Origin: Candidatus Daviesbacteria bacterium
Lineage (GTDB): Bacteria > Patescibacteriota > Microgenomatia > Daviesbacterales > UBA10151
Reading direction: 5' to 3'
Assembly: GCA_016184225.1 (NCBI GenBank)
Contig: JACPDA010000004.1
Location: 70,800 to 134,799 of the forward strand
DNA: 64,000 bases
Shown: one piece after another, positions 36,464 to 45,600 of the stretch
How positions within the stretch are numbered: position 1 is the first letter of the stretch
How the letters are laid out: each line of letters starts with the position of its first letter
Position numbers and translations under genes: made by a program
The notes under the pieces: generated by a model
Databases searched by the model: none
What the model saw: only the letters and a program-made list of their open reading frames with translations
What the model was told of the DNA's origin: nothing

Positions 36464-36904
36464 TTACTCCTTCCCTCTTAACTCCTGCTCCACTCTGCGG
36501 GCATGGTCTTTTTCTTTAAGGATCTTCCTATGGTCAAATTCTTTCTTAGATTTGGCCAAGCCTACTTCTACCTTAAACCGGTTATTTTTCTCATACATAG
36601 ATACCGGCACTAAAGTCACACTTTTCCCGGAGACTTTTCCAATCAATGAGTTAATTTGATCTTTATGAAGCAATAACTTCCTGGACCTTTGGGCATCATA
36701 TTCTTTATCCGCAGCTTGATTATACCGGGGGATATTGGCATTTATCAAAAACGCTTCCCCATTCAGCACCCTGATATGGCTCTCTCCCAGATCTAATCTG
36801 CCGGCCCTGATGGATTTGACTTCAGCACCTGAAAGCACTATCCCAGCCTCTATATGTTCGAGAATGTGATAATTATGAAGGGCTTTTTTGTTAATAATGC
36901 GCAT
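36464..36904 (-). CDS. smpB: SsrA-binding protein
   Basis: NKKALHNY, EAGIVLSGAEVKSIR, RKLLLHK. Confidence 0.96.
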   Translation of the reverse strand: MRIINKKALHNYHILEHIEAGIVLSGAEVKSIRAGRLDLGESHIRVLNGEAFLINANIPRYNQAADKEYDAQRSRKLLLHKDQINSLIGKVSGKSVTLVPVSMYEKNNRFKVEVGLAKSKKEFDHRKILKEKDHARRVEQELRGKE

Positions 36905-36984
36905 AGTCATCAGTCTTCAGCTTTCAGCTATCAGACTTGTTTTATTATACCAGTCTGATAGCTGACGACTGATAGCTGACGACT
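36905..36984. repeat. inverted heptamer-repeat hairpin (TCAG family)
   Basis: GTCATCAGTCTTCAGCTTTCAGCTATCAGAC paired with GTCTGATAGCTGACGACTGATAGCTGACGAC. Confidence 0.8.
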
Positions 36985-38827
36985 ATTTCAAGTCTGCTTG
37001 AAATATCTTACTTCCCTCCAGAAGATATACTTTCTTCCCTTTCTCATCAACCACCAAATCCGTGGCTGTGGCAAACTTATTGCCAGTAATTTGCCCTTTG
37101 TAGCTGCCTGTTTTGGTTAAAATCAACAGCCGGGAATTGCCGGAATCCAAAAGGTATAAATTATCTACGTCTGATGAAGTAAACAAACTTTTTGGGTCTT
37201 TAACCCCTGAGGGAAGTCCCGCATAGGAAAAATTGTCCTTATCCCCTTTGGTAAACCTTAAAATCTCTCCCCCGCTCTTGAGCACATAAACAGAGGACTC
37301 AATCTGCATCCTTAAGGCATTACTAAAATCAGCCGTAGCACCCTTACTTAAATATTCCCTTTTATCAGAATAGCCATCAGATGTAGCGACATATTTCCAA
37401 ATCTGTCCGGAATTCAAAAGGTAAACATTGCTGCCAAAGCCATAAAGGTCTTTAATTTCTCCCCAACCACTATCCTGTTTAGCAACAGTGCTCAGTTTGG
37501 AATTTGTGGTATCAATTCTTAAAATCCCCTTATCTACCGAATAAATAAAGGCCAGTCCGCCGTTTAATGAGGCAAAACTGGCTTCGCCTAGTTGTTCTGA
37601 CCCTGCCAAAATCTGGTTGCTCTTTTTCGCTATATCCACCACTGCTAAAGTCTTAACAGCCGGGTCCAGAAGCAGTAGTTTATCCCCCGACAGGCTCATC
37701 TGGGTAGCGCGGAAGTTTTTCTTAACTAAGTCCATATCCAAAAATAGCGGAAAATCAGAAACAACAGACTCTTGTAAAATCGCGGAGGATTCCTGTTCTA
37801 TTTGATTTTTAAAGTTTTGGGCCTCTCCGTCATTTGGCTTTAAAGTTAAGGCAGATTTTACCTTGTCTTTGGCCGAATCGAGCTTCTTTTTGGCTTCAAG
37901 AGGATTTAAACTGGTTAATCCTTTAGCAGCATTAAAATCATCCTTTGCCTCTTGCAATGTTTGGATAAACTGCAACGCCTTAGCCCGGTCACGGCCGGAC
38001 TTATACTGATACCCAACACCCAAGGCAATAATGATAATTAAGACAACCGCCACTACTAACCTCCCCCTGCCACTTCTGGGAAAATGTGTTCCAATCTTCT
38101 TGAGCAAATTCAACACCTGATTTAAAATATCTTTAAAAACTAAAACCCGCGATTTTTTTGGAAAATCTTCACCAATTTCTTGATCTGTTTGAACTGTTTG
38201 ACCATTATCTTCCGAAGGAAGAGGGGAAATTTCCAAATTCTCTCCGCCAGCTGGCGGACTAATTTCCACAATCAAACCAGCTAAGCTTTCGTTCTCTGCG
38301 CTCGAAGCGCCAATTTTACTCCCCAGTTCTTCTTCGAATGTTTCTATAGGCAAATTTAAAGATTTCTCAAGTTCGTCCCCTAAAAGGGTTATTAAGCTTC
38401 TGGTAGAAAGCAGTATTTTATCCCCATCCTGCAAAAATCCGGAAATCAGTTGTGAGGGTGTACCGACTGACAAAAGGGCTGATAGCGTATCCGCTCGTTT
38501 TAGGTAAACTTCAACATTGCCTTTACCGATAAGATAGAGTGCCTTCCCGGAAATAGCTGCCAAACACAAATCAAATTCAGCTCCCTCCGGAATTTTTTTC
38601 TCTGCTTCCTTAAAAGTGGCATTTAATTTCTCAGCCATTGTCCCTTCAAACTCAAAATAGAAATCTTCCAGCTCGGATAAAATTTGCCTGCCGGAAGTAA
38701 AAGCATCGTCGGAGGTAAGCTCTAAAACCGCCAGCAGCGAGTTGTCGTCTCCCCTAATGGAGGATGCTACCTGGGCGGCTTTTTGATCGGTATTTAAGCC
38801 AATAACTTGAGCTATTTTAAGCTTCAT
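36983..38827 (-). CDS. CPR membrane protein: degenerate PP2C-like domain, TM, beta-propeller
   Basis: SGFLQDGDKILLST PP2C-like segment, central TM, YLLDSGNSRL propeller repeats. Confidence 0.7.
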   Translation of the reverse strand: MKLKIAQVIGLNTDQKAAQVASSIRGDDNSLLAVLELTSDDAFTSGRQILSELEDFYFEFEGTMAEKLNATFKEAEKKIPEGAEFDLCLAAISGKALYLIGKGNVEVYLKRADTLSALLSVGTPSQLISGFLQDGDKILLSTRSLITLLGDELEKSLNLPIETFEEELGSKIGASSAENESLAGLIVEISPPAGGENLEISPLPSEDNGQTVQTDQEIGEDFPKKSRVLVFKDILNQVLNLLKKIGTHFPRSGRGRLVVAVVLIIIIALGVGYQYKSGRDRAKALQFIQTLQEAKDDFNAAKGLTSLNPLEAKKKLDSAKDKVKSALTLKPNDGEAQNFKNQIEQESSAILQESVVSDFPLFLDMDLVKKNFRATQMSLSGDKLLLLDPAVKTLAVVDIAKKSNQILAGSEQLGEASFASLNGGLAFIYSVDKGILRIDTTNSKLSTVAKQDSGWGEIKDLYGFGSNVYLLNSGQIWKYVATSDGYSDKREYLSKGATADFSNALRMQIESSVYVLKSGGEILRFTKGDKDNFSYAGLPSGVKDPKSLFTSSDVDNLYLLDSGNSRLLILTKTGSYKGQITGNKFATATDLVVDEKGKKVYLLEGSKIFQADLK

Positions 38828-38840
38828 CTACACCCTTTCT

Positions 38841-39092
38841 CTAAAGTATTCCAAAAGCCAAAATAATTAATCCTACGGCAAAACCGGCATGTACGATAGA
38901 AAAAGCCTTAAGATAGGGGGAAACTTTGGTAATTAGAGTTTTACTCATTAAATCCACCTGTCTAATCACTATCAAAGCAAATATAGCGTAAAACGCCAAA
39001 ATTATCAAAATTGCAATTTTTGCAAACATCAAGACTATCTCAAATTCAAACAGACTAGTCTGGATGGTGGTAGGCATCTCTTCCTCTCCCAT
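38841..39092 (-). CDS. small two-TM protein (DUF5657-like)
   Basis: YAIFALIVIRQVDLMSKTL pattern. Confidence 0.65.
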   Translation of the reverse strand: MGEEEMPTTIQTSLFEFEIVLMFAKIAILIILAFYAIFALIVIRQVDLMSKTLITKVSPYLKAFSIVHAGFAVGLIILAFGIL

Positions 39093-39627
39093 AAATCTTA
39101 TGAGCTTCGTCTAAGATAAAATCCGCCACATGGTGCGGTCTTGATACCGAATGAAAATCAATGTTTCTGGTGGCTCCGGCTGTTTGGATAAAAACATTGC
39201 CGTAGTGAAAAATAGAGTTTAAGATACCGCCCATGGAAGATGAGGTATCTTCTATGTTTCTAAGGGGAGCTACATCAATATTTTTAAATAAAAGTGAGTG
39301 GAAATCCACATCAATGATATTTTTCTCGGTCACAATGTAAACATTAAAATACCAATGCAAAAAACCTTCAAAGGTAATTATTAAAACCAAAAGATAGTTA
39401 ATAATTAAAATCATTACAATAAAGGTTTGCGGAATAGTAGATAAGTTAAAATTGAAAAACCCTAAGATTTTCGGGACAAAAAACGGTCCCAAAAAAACTA
39501 CAATAGCCGCAGTAATCCAGCCTAAATTGGTAATTGGATGAGCCCGGAGTAAAAGAAGCACCTTCTCGTCAGGATCCTGGCCTTCAAAACAGAAATCTGT
39601 CGGATGCTCTAGGTAGGACGGGAACAT
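39055..39627 (-). CDS. bacterial PH-domain membrane protein
   Basis: LRAHP, W..NVYIVT..IID, FHYGNVFIQTAG; probable start 39627. Confidence 0.75.
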   Translation of the reverse strand: MFPSYLEHPTDFCFEGQDPDEKVLLLLRAHPITNLGWITAAIVVFLGPFFVPKILGFFNFNLSTIPQTFIVMILIINYLLVLIITFEGFLHWYFNVYIVTEKNIIDVDFHSLLFKNIDVAPLRNIEDTSSSMGGILNSIFHYGNVFIQTAGATRNIDFHSVSRPHHVADFILDEAHKIYGRGRDAYHHPD

Positions 39628-39689
39628 TAAGGCAAGTATAGCACTTTTTGAGAGTCTAGTCGCTAGAGTCAAGAATCAAGAATCAAGAA

Positions 39690-41363
39690 TTATTTTTTCT
39701 CTATATTAAAGAAAGCAAAGCCGCTTTGAGGGATTGACAACCTACCCGGGGCGCGGATATTAAAGGCAGTCTTAAACTCCGAGCCGGAAAGTCTTACCTC
39801 CCCTTTGTCTGTTTGGAAAACAACCTCGCTGGTCGTTCCGTTCCCCTGCACCACCGTCACCGAACTTACGCTAGACGGTCCTCCGGCCTTCTCCCGCAAC
39901 TCGGCATGAGAGTAGGGGTTTCCTCCCCAGCAAGAAGTAGTAACAGGTGTTACCCGATCATCTCTGTATTTGGCCGCGTTAATAATATCCGCCACCTCTT
40001 CCCCTGAAAGCCAGGGGTTTGATCTTCCGCATTTATCACTTGACGGGCTATAGCCTTGTGTGTACCAAGCTTTATAGACCCAGGGGGACCCGCCTGCCTT
40101 ATCGTATGATTTGTCAACAAAACTGGATCCTCCGGAACCATCCGTCGTGTCCCAACCCATGGTAGTAGTAAACCCCCCGTGGGTTGAGGCATAATAAGTC
40201 ACCACATCTTCAATCACTTGTCCCCTGGTAGCATTCACCGCATCTTTCCAGGCCTGCGGAGGACTGTCTGACTTGGATTTAGAAAACACCTGGCAAGCTT
40301 CGGTGGTACAAATTGATTGGCCGTTTTGTTTATACCGGAAAGCATAAGTTCTGGCTGCTATGGCTTGAGCTTTAAGCGCTTCAGCATGCCAGTTTGAAGG
40401 CATCTCAGCTATGCCGTACAGATATTTTTCTTCAAAATTCATTGATCCGTACCCCGACACATTAATATCCCCTCCGGTATCTTTACCGACCGGCTCTTTA
40501 CCGTAGTAAGCCCGCAAAATTGCTTTGTAATCCTGACCTGACTGGGCTCTGCCCCTGGCTCCGTATTGACTCATCCCTTTTCTGTGGGTATAGCCACCAA
40601 AGGAAAAGACTGCAAAAGATCCCGAGGGAGCGGCTTCCCTAAAACCTTTAATGGAAGCATTGTAATCGTCTGCCAACTCGCTATCTCCGATACTGGCAGT
40701 AAACTGACCTGACCTGGCTGCTAAGATTTCCTGTTGTTTGGCAGAAAGCTCGGCAATTTTGCCTGATAAGTCAGATTGATATGCTTTAGCTTTTTTAATC
40801 TCTCCGCCCAAAAAGCCGGCATTCTTGTCTACCTGCTCTTGAAAAACGGCTAACTTAGCTTTGTCTTTTTCTAGGTTTTCTTTTTGGGTCAGCAAGTCTA
40901 CCACCTCGGCTGTAATTGAGGTAATAATTTGGCGGTCTTCCCGGGTGACGGATTGGCGGTAGGATAGCTCCCTGAATAAATCACCCGAGTGGACTGAGGA
41001 TAAAATGACCAGTAGTGGATCAGTCAGATATGAACGGATATAATAGGCCTTAACCCGCTGTTCCAGGAGCGCTTGCTGCAGGGCCAACTTATCTTCCCTG
41101 ATATCCAAATCTTTTTGTTTTTGCCTGATCTTAGCCGAAAGATTGTCTAAATTGGCTTGGATTTGGGCCAGCTGCAGTTTTAGGGAATTTAGTTGGCCTT
41201 CTAAAGGTTTAGTAGCTTTTACAGACAGCTCCCGGGCCTTATTTAGCTCATCGATCTGTTTTTGTAAATCTTCTATTTCACCAGCAAAGGTAGGGTATAG
41301 GGTATAGGGTATAGGGTATAGGAAAACAGATACTAAAAATAAAAAAAGAATAATTCTTTTCAT
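39690..41363 (-). CDS. coiled-coil plus SpoIID/LytB-domain peptidoglycan hydrolase
   Basis: Signal peptide, coiled coil, GMSQYGA, EMPSNW..EALKAQAIAARTYA, CQVF. Confidence 0.85.
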   Translation of the reverse strand: MKRIILFLFLVSVFLYPIPYTLYPTFAGEIEDLQKQIDELNKARELSVKATKPLEGQLNSLKLQLAQIQANLDNLSAKIRQKQKDLDIREDKLALQQALLEQRVKAYYIRSYLTDPLLVILSSVHSGDLFRELSYRQSVTREDRQIITSITAEVVDLLTQKENLEKDKAKLAVFQEQVDKNAGFLGGEIKKAKAYQSDLSGKIAELSAKQQEILAARSGQFTASIGDSELADDYNASIKGFREAAPSGSFAVFSFGGYTHRKGMSQYGARGRAQSGQDYKAILRAYYGKEPVGKDTGGDINVSGYGSMNFEEKYLYGIAEMPSNWHAEALKAQAIAARTYAFRYKQNGQSICTTEACQVFSKSKSDSPPQAWKDAVNATRGQVIEDVVTYYASTHGGFTTTMGWDTTDGSGGSSFVDKSYDKAGGSPWVYKAWYTQGYSPSSDKCGRSNPWLSGEEVADIINAAKYRDDRVTPVTTSCWGGNPYSHAELREKAGGPSSVSSVTVVQGNGTTSEVVFQTDKGEVRLSGSEFKTAFNIRAPGRLSIPQSGFAFFNIEKK

Positions 41364-41438
41364 AAAGTGTCTTTAATTTTAGCAAAACTTATGCTGGCAT
41401 CGGCTTTCTAATAAACCCTACCCCCTAATCCCTAGACC

Positions 41439-41795
41439 CTAACTCTTTAAGCTACTAATAAGTTTATTTAACATCTTTTGAACTTCTGTAAGTAGATTAC
41501 TAATATCTTCGAAATCTTGAACATTTAAAAAATTTAATTCCTTGGCAATCAGTACTTGTGTTTCTAATTCAGCACCAGAAGCGAATGCAGTTCTTAGAAA
41601 CTGAAGGTATTCTTGCCTATAACCCCGTGAGTAACCTTCAGCTATATTCGAAGGGATTGATACCGCACATCGGCGCATTTGCGAAACTAAACCATATAAT
41701 TCTGACTTTGGAAATTTATTGGTGATTCTGAATATTTTAATTGATAAGTCAAAAGCTTTCTGCCAAACTGTCAGCTGTTGGTAGGAAGTTAGCAT
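41439..41795 (-). CDS. four helix bundle protein
   Basis: SYQQLTVWQKA, FPKSELYGLVSQMRRCAVSIPSNIAEG, SGAELETQ. Confidence 0.92.
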   Translation of the reverse strand: MLTSYQQLTVWQKAFDLSIKIFRITNKFPKSELYGLVSQMRRCAVSIPSNIAEGYSRGYRQEYLQFLRTAFASGAELETQVLIAKELNFLNVQDFEDISNLLTEVQKMLNKLISSLKS

Positions 41796-41861
41796 AATCT
41801 TATTTTACACTAAACCCTAACCCCTAGTCCCTAAACCCTAAAATGTGCTAATCTGAAATCA

Positions 41862-43031
41862 ATGTCCAAAATTTTTTCTTATAAACTAATTGTTGCAATC
41901 TTCTTTCTGTTTTTTGCATTCTCTTTGCTACCAGAGAGTACGATGGCTACCTTAAACGATTGCAGCTTTACATTCGACCCACCACAACCTAATACCTATA
42001 TGAAAGATCTGACCATCACTGTATCAAGCGCAGGACTACCCTCAAGCGGAGGTAACTATTTAATGGTAGTACAAGATCCACGTGATCATTGTGCTTATAC
42101 ATGGTCACGTGGATCGCTACCAAGTTATATTTTTGGAGGGATGGATGGAAACTGTTTCGGCTCGTATAGAGGTTGGCAAAACAGAGATTACCAGGTTTAT
42201 CTTTTCAATGGTGACGTAGATTATAAATCCGGTGCATTCGGATTTATCGGAAGAACAGATTTAAAACAAGCGATTTGCGTGGGGTCATTTCAAGTTGCAT
42301 TGAAATCAATACAAGACAGTTGCAAAGCTATCATTACTACAAAACCAATTGACCCCAATACTACAGTTCAACTAGAAGTAGAAAATATTCTACCAGACAA
42401 ATATAAAATTATTGTTGAGCCCAGAACCGCTGCTGCTACCCCTAAAAAAGAGTTCGAGGAAAAAATTGATACTTCCACTGCTCCCGCAAGATTCAATCTA
42501 GATACTTTTATTCCGGGCACTTATAGCGTTTCAATTTATAAAGATAGCAAGCTTCAGTGCGCTCAAGAATCTTTTCAGGTCGGCCCGATGGGAAGCGGAG
42601 AAGGCGGCAGAATAGTAGCTTATGCAGGAATAGATCAATGTAAACAAAAAGATGTGGCTTGTTCTCTTGCTGGAGGACAGCCAGTTACGGGTTGCAATGA
42701 TGCAGAGGTACCAGATCCAAATGATCCAAATAAAACCATACCTAACCCTAACCCGGGTATTGCTACTGCCATTGGCTGCATTCATACTAACCCGGTAGAA
42801 TTTACTAAAGACATCATGAAGTTTGTGCTGGGTATTTCCGGAGGCTTAGCATTTTTAATGATGCTTTTGGGGGCATTTCAAATACTGTCCTCTGCTGATA
42901 ATCCTGATACCTTGCATGCCGGCAGGGAAAGGTTAACCAGCGCAGTGATCGGCCTCCTGATAGTCATTTTTGCTATTTTACTATTGCAAATTATTGGAGT
43001 TGGTATACTGGATATACCTGGATTTAAATAG
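41862..43031 (+). CDS. large secreted protein with a C-terminal CPR pilin (VirB2/TrbC-like) domain
   Basis: Signal peptide; TAIGCI, GAFQILSS....GRERLTSAVIGL. Confidence 0.75.
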   Translation: MSKIFSYKLIVAIFFLFFAFSLLPESTMATLNDCSFTFDPPQPNTYMKDLTITVSSAGLPSSGGNYLMVVQDPRDHCAYTWSRGSLPSYIFGGMDGNCFGSYRGWQNRDYQVYLFNGDVDYKSGAFGFIGRTDLKQAICVGSFQVALKSIQDSCKAIITTKPIDPNTTVQLEVENILPDKYKIIVEPRTAAATPKKEFEEKIDTSTAPARFNLDTFIPGTYSVSIYKDSKLQCAQESFQVGPMGSGEGGRIVAYAGIDQCKQKDVACSLAGGQPVTGCNDAEVPDPNDPNKTIPNPNPGIATAIGCIHTNPVEFTKDIMKFVLGISGGLAFLMMLLGAFQILSSADNPDTLHAGRERLTSAVIGLLIVIFAILLLQIIGVGILDIPGFK

Positions 43032-43063
43032 AGTCAAGAGTCTAGAATCTAGAGTCTAGGAAA

Positions 43064-43420
43064 ATGAGAAACAATAAAGGTTACAGAAAATTAATTGCTT
43101 GGCAGAAAGGTAACCTACTAGCTCACTTAATTTATGATGTCACAGCTAAATTCCCTAGAAATGAGCTTTTCGGATTAACTTCTCAGATGCGTCGGGCTGT
43201 TTTATCTGTTTGCGCGAATATAGCCGAGGGGTATAGCAGAAGTGGTTTAAAAGATCGCAAACATTTCTATCAAATGGCGGTTGCTTCTTTAACAGAACTG
43301 GAGTTCTTTATTGACTTTGCTTCTGAAAGAAAGTTTATAAACTCTTTCGATTATGAGAGAATATTAGATGTCCATACAGAAACAGCTAGAGTTCTAAGTG
43401 GTCTATTGAAATCCACTTGA
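43064..43420 (+). CDS. four helix bundle protein
   Basis: GYRKLIAWQK, FPRNELFGLTSQMRRAVLSVCANIAEG, SLTELE. Confidence 0.92.
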   Translation: MRNNKGYRKLIAWQKGNLLAHLIYDVTAKFPRNELFGLTSQMRRAVLSVCANIAEGYSRSGLKDRKHFYQMAVASLTELEFFIDFASERKFINSFDYERILDVHTETARVLSGLLKST

Positions 43421-43449
43421 CTCTAGACTCTAGCGACTAGTCACTAACT

Positions 43450-43749
43450 ATGATACCTGGTTTAAATGATATCTTTAAAGCCAATCCAGCACCTCAGTTT
43501 AAAAACTTAGGCGATCTTTTGTCCGGCCTTTTAAACATTATCCTTTTTGCTGCTGCCTTTGTGGCTTTTTTCTATATACTTTGGGGGGCATTTTCTTATA
43601 TTACGGCCCAAGGCAAAAAAGAAGATTTGGCCAAAGCCCGTTCCAGAATTACCTGGGCTATAATTGGACTGATTGTCGTCTTCCTGGCTTTTATTATTTC
43701 CCGGTTTATTGCCGAAGTATTTAAACCCAAAGGAGGATTGCCATTCTGA
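43450..43749 (+). CDS. CPR T4SS pilin-like protein
   Basis: GAFSYITAQG.KE.LAKAR.RITWAIIGL. Confidence 0.8.
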   Translation: MIPGLNDIFKANPAPQFKNLGDLLSGLLNIILFAAAFVAFFYILWGAFSYITAQGKKEDLAKARSRITWAIIGLIVVFLAFIISRFIAEVFKPKGGLPF

Positions 43750-43796
43750 AAAAGGGTACAGGGTACAGGGTACAGGGTACAGTTAAGAAAGCTTTT

Positions 43797-44165
43797 TTGG
43801 CTATAGTATTTTTTGTTTTGCTATACTACATGCCCACCCCTGCTTATGCTGCCTGTGTTGAACCGGGGAAAGGCGTCCAGATTAGTGACTGTTTTGGCTT
43901 TGGGGATATCAAATCTGTGGGAGAGGCAACCAATAGAGGGATTCCTCATCTCTTTTCTCTGTTGGCAGCCATAGTGGTGGTATATTTTGTCTGGGGGGCT
44001 TTTAAGTTTATACTATCCAGAGGCAATAAAGAGGAAGTGGCAGAAGCCAGAGGAATGATTACCCATGCCATAGTAGGGTTTATATTACTAATCTTTGCCT
44101 TTTTGATCCTGCAGGCTTTGCTAAGTAGCTTATTTAAGATACAATTTAGTATTATAGGGGGTTAA
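43797..44165 (+). CDS. CPR T4SS pilin-like protein; frame is open back to CTG 43746
   Basis: GAFKFILSRGNKEEVAEARGMITHAIVG. Confidence 0.8.
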   Translation: MAIVFFVLLYYMPTPAYAACVEPGKGVQISDCFGFGDIKSVGEATNRGIPHLFSLLAAIVVVYFVWGAFKFILSRGNKEEVAEARGMITHAIVGFILLIFAFLILQALLSSLFKIQFSIIGG

Positions 44166-44172
44166 TTCATTT

Positions 44173-44703
44173 ATGAAAATTTTATTTACTAGTTTAACTC
44201 TTCTGTTTATTATTTTTTTTATTAACCCTGCTAGTGTATTCGCTACCGGTTCTCTGGGTGAAAACTCTCGCTGCTACTATCCTGCTATCTCAAACGGCGG
44301 TTGTAATGAAGATTTAGGCTTATTTTGTGAACCATCCCAAGACGATTCAACTCGAGGCGTCTGCAAAAAATCAACTGTGAAGCAGATTTTTGGCACTATC
44401 ACAGCCCCTTCTCCCCTGGCAGGTTTCCTGGCAAAAGACCCCACAGGCACAGGGGGGGCTATCAGCCAATTTTTATCTAATCTGGTAGCTTTATTCTATT
44501 CCCTGGCAGCCATAGTGGCACTTTTTATGTTTTTGTGGGCAGCATTTGAATGGATGACTTCCGGCGGGGAAAAAGAAAAAGTGGCTTCTGCCCGCAATAA
44601 AATTATCTACACCATTATCGGAATCATTCTCCTTGCCCTGGCTTTTGCCATTATCAGGATAGTGGGCCAATTTACCGGGTTTACATTCTTCAAGGGGGCT
44701 TGA
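44173..44703 (+). CDS. CPR T4SS pilin-like protein with a Cys-rich insert
   Basis: AAFEWMTSGGEKEKVASARNKIIYTIIG. Confidence 0.8.
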   Translation: MKILFTSLTLLFIIFFINPASVFATGSLGENSRCYYPAISNGGCNEDLGLFCEPSQDDSTRGVCKKSTVKQIFGTITAPSPLAGFLAKDPTGTGGAISQFLSNLVALFYSLAAIVALFMFLWAAFEWMTSGGEKEKVASARNKIIYTIIGIILLALAFAIIRIVGQFTGFTFFKGA

Positions 44704-44739
44704 CAAGCGGTTTACTATATAGATATAGTTAAGCTACAG

Positions 44740-45144
44740 ATGAAAAAATTAATATTTCTTGGTTCTGCAACACTATCTCTTTTAACACCTATCCGGGCTT
44801 TTGCGCAATCTCCTGGTCCTGCTGTTCAAATAAATGCACCCGCAGTAGGATTTCAATCATTGTCAGACTTTATCGCCAAAGCTCTCGTGCTTGTTTTCAC
44901 AGTGGGCGCTTTTTTGGTTTTGATTATGTTAATTATCGGGGCGTATGAGTGGATCGCCTCCGGCGGGGATAAAGAAAATGTGGCTAAAGCCCGCAACAGA
45001 ATTATTAATGCTTTAATTGGCTTGATAGTCTTGGCTGTTGCTTTTGCTCTGGTAAGACTCCTCGGCCAATTTACCGGATTAACCTTAACCAACTTGAGTA
45101 TCCCTGGCCCAGCAACAGGCACTCCCAACCCCAGCGTACTCTAA
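44740..45144 (+). CDS. CPR T4SS pilin-like protein
   Basis: GAYEWIASGGDKENVAKARNRIINALIGL; upstream TTGACA-17-TATAGT promoter. Confidence 0.82.
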   Translation: MKKLIFLGSATLSLLTPIRAFAQSPGPAVQINAPAVGFQSLSDFIAKALVLVFTVGAFLVLIMLIIGAYEWIASGGDKENVAKARNRIINALIGLIVLAVAFALVRLLGQFTGLTLTNLSIPGPATGTPNPSVL

Positions 45145-45220
45145 ACTTCTTCATCTGTTCGTCATTGATCCCGATTAAATCGGGATTGATCTTCAAAACT
45201 ATTAGTGGTAATTTTAAAGG

Positions 45221-45559
45221 ATGGGGCCGGATCCGGCAGGTTTATCTGAACTTGAAAATCTCTTTGGCAATGTAATCTCTGTGATGGTGGCTCTGGGATT
45301 TATCGCCATGTTGGTTTTATTAATCATGGCCGGGTTTAAGTACTTAACTTCCGGCGGGGAACCCAAAGCCCTGCAAGCTGCCCACCACACCCTGGCCTGG
45401 GCTATTTTAGGGGTGTTGCTGATGATAGTAGCCTGGATACTTTTACAGCTAATCCAGGCCTTTACCGGGATTAATGTTACGGTATTTGATATAAAAACCT
45501 TGTGCAAAGATGCCACAGGAGCCTTGTTGTTCTGTCCATCACCCAGCCCTGGACCTTAA
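45221..45559 (+). CDS. CPR T4SS pilin-like protein
   Basis: AGFKYLTSGGEPKALQAA..TL.WAILG. Confidence 0.8.
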   Translation: MGPDPAGLSELENLFGNVISVMVALGFIAMLVLLIMAGFKYLTSGGEPKALQAAHHTLAWAILGVLLMIVAWILLQLIQAFTGINVTVFDIKTLCKDATGALLFCPSPSPGP

Positions 45560-45600
45560 GGAGTTGCAAAGATAGTTTGATTTAGGTTAGTGTTATAAGT

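Noticed and set aside
109-43420. Diversity-generating retroelement suggested by Avd-like four-helix proteins
   Set aside because: No reverse transcriptase in the window and no TR/VR pair noticed
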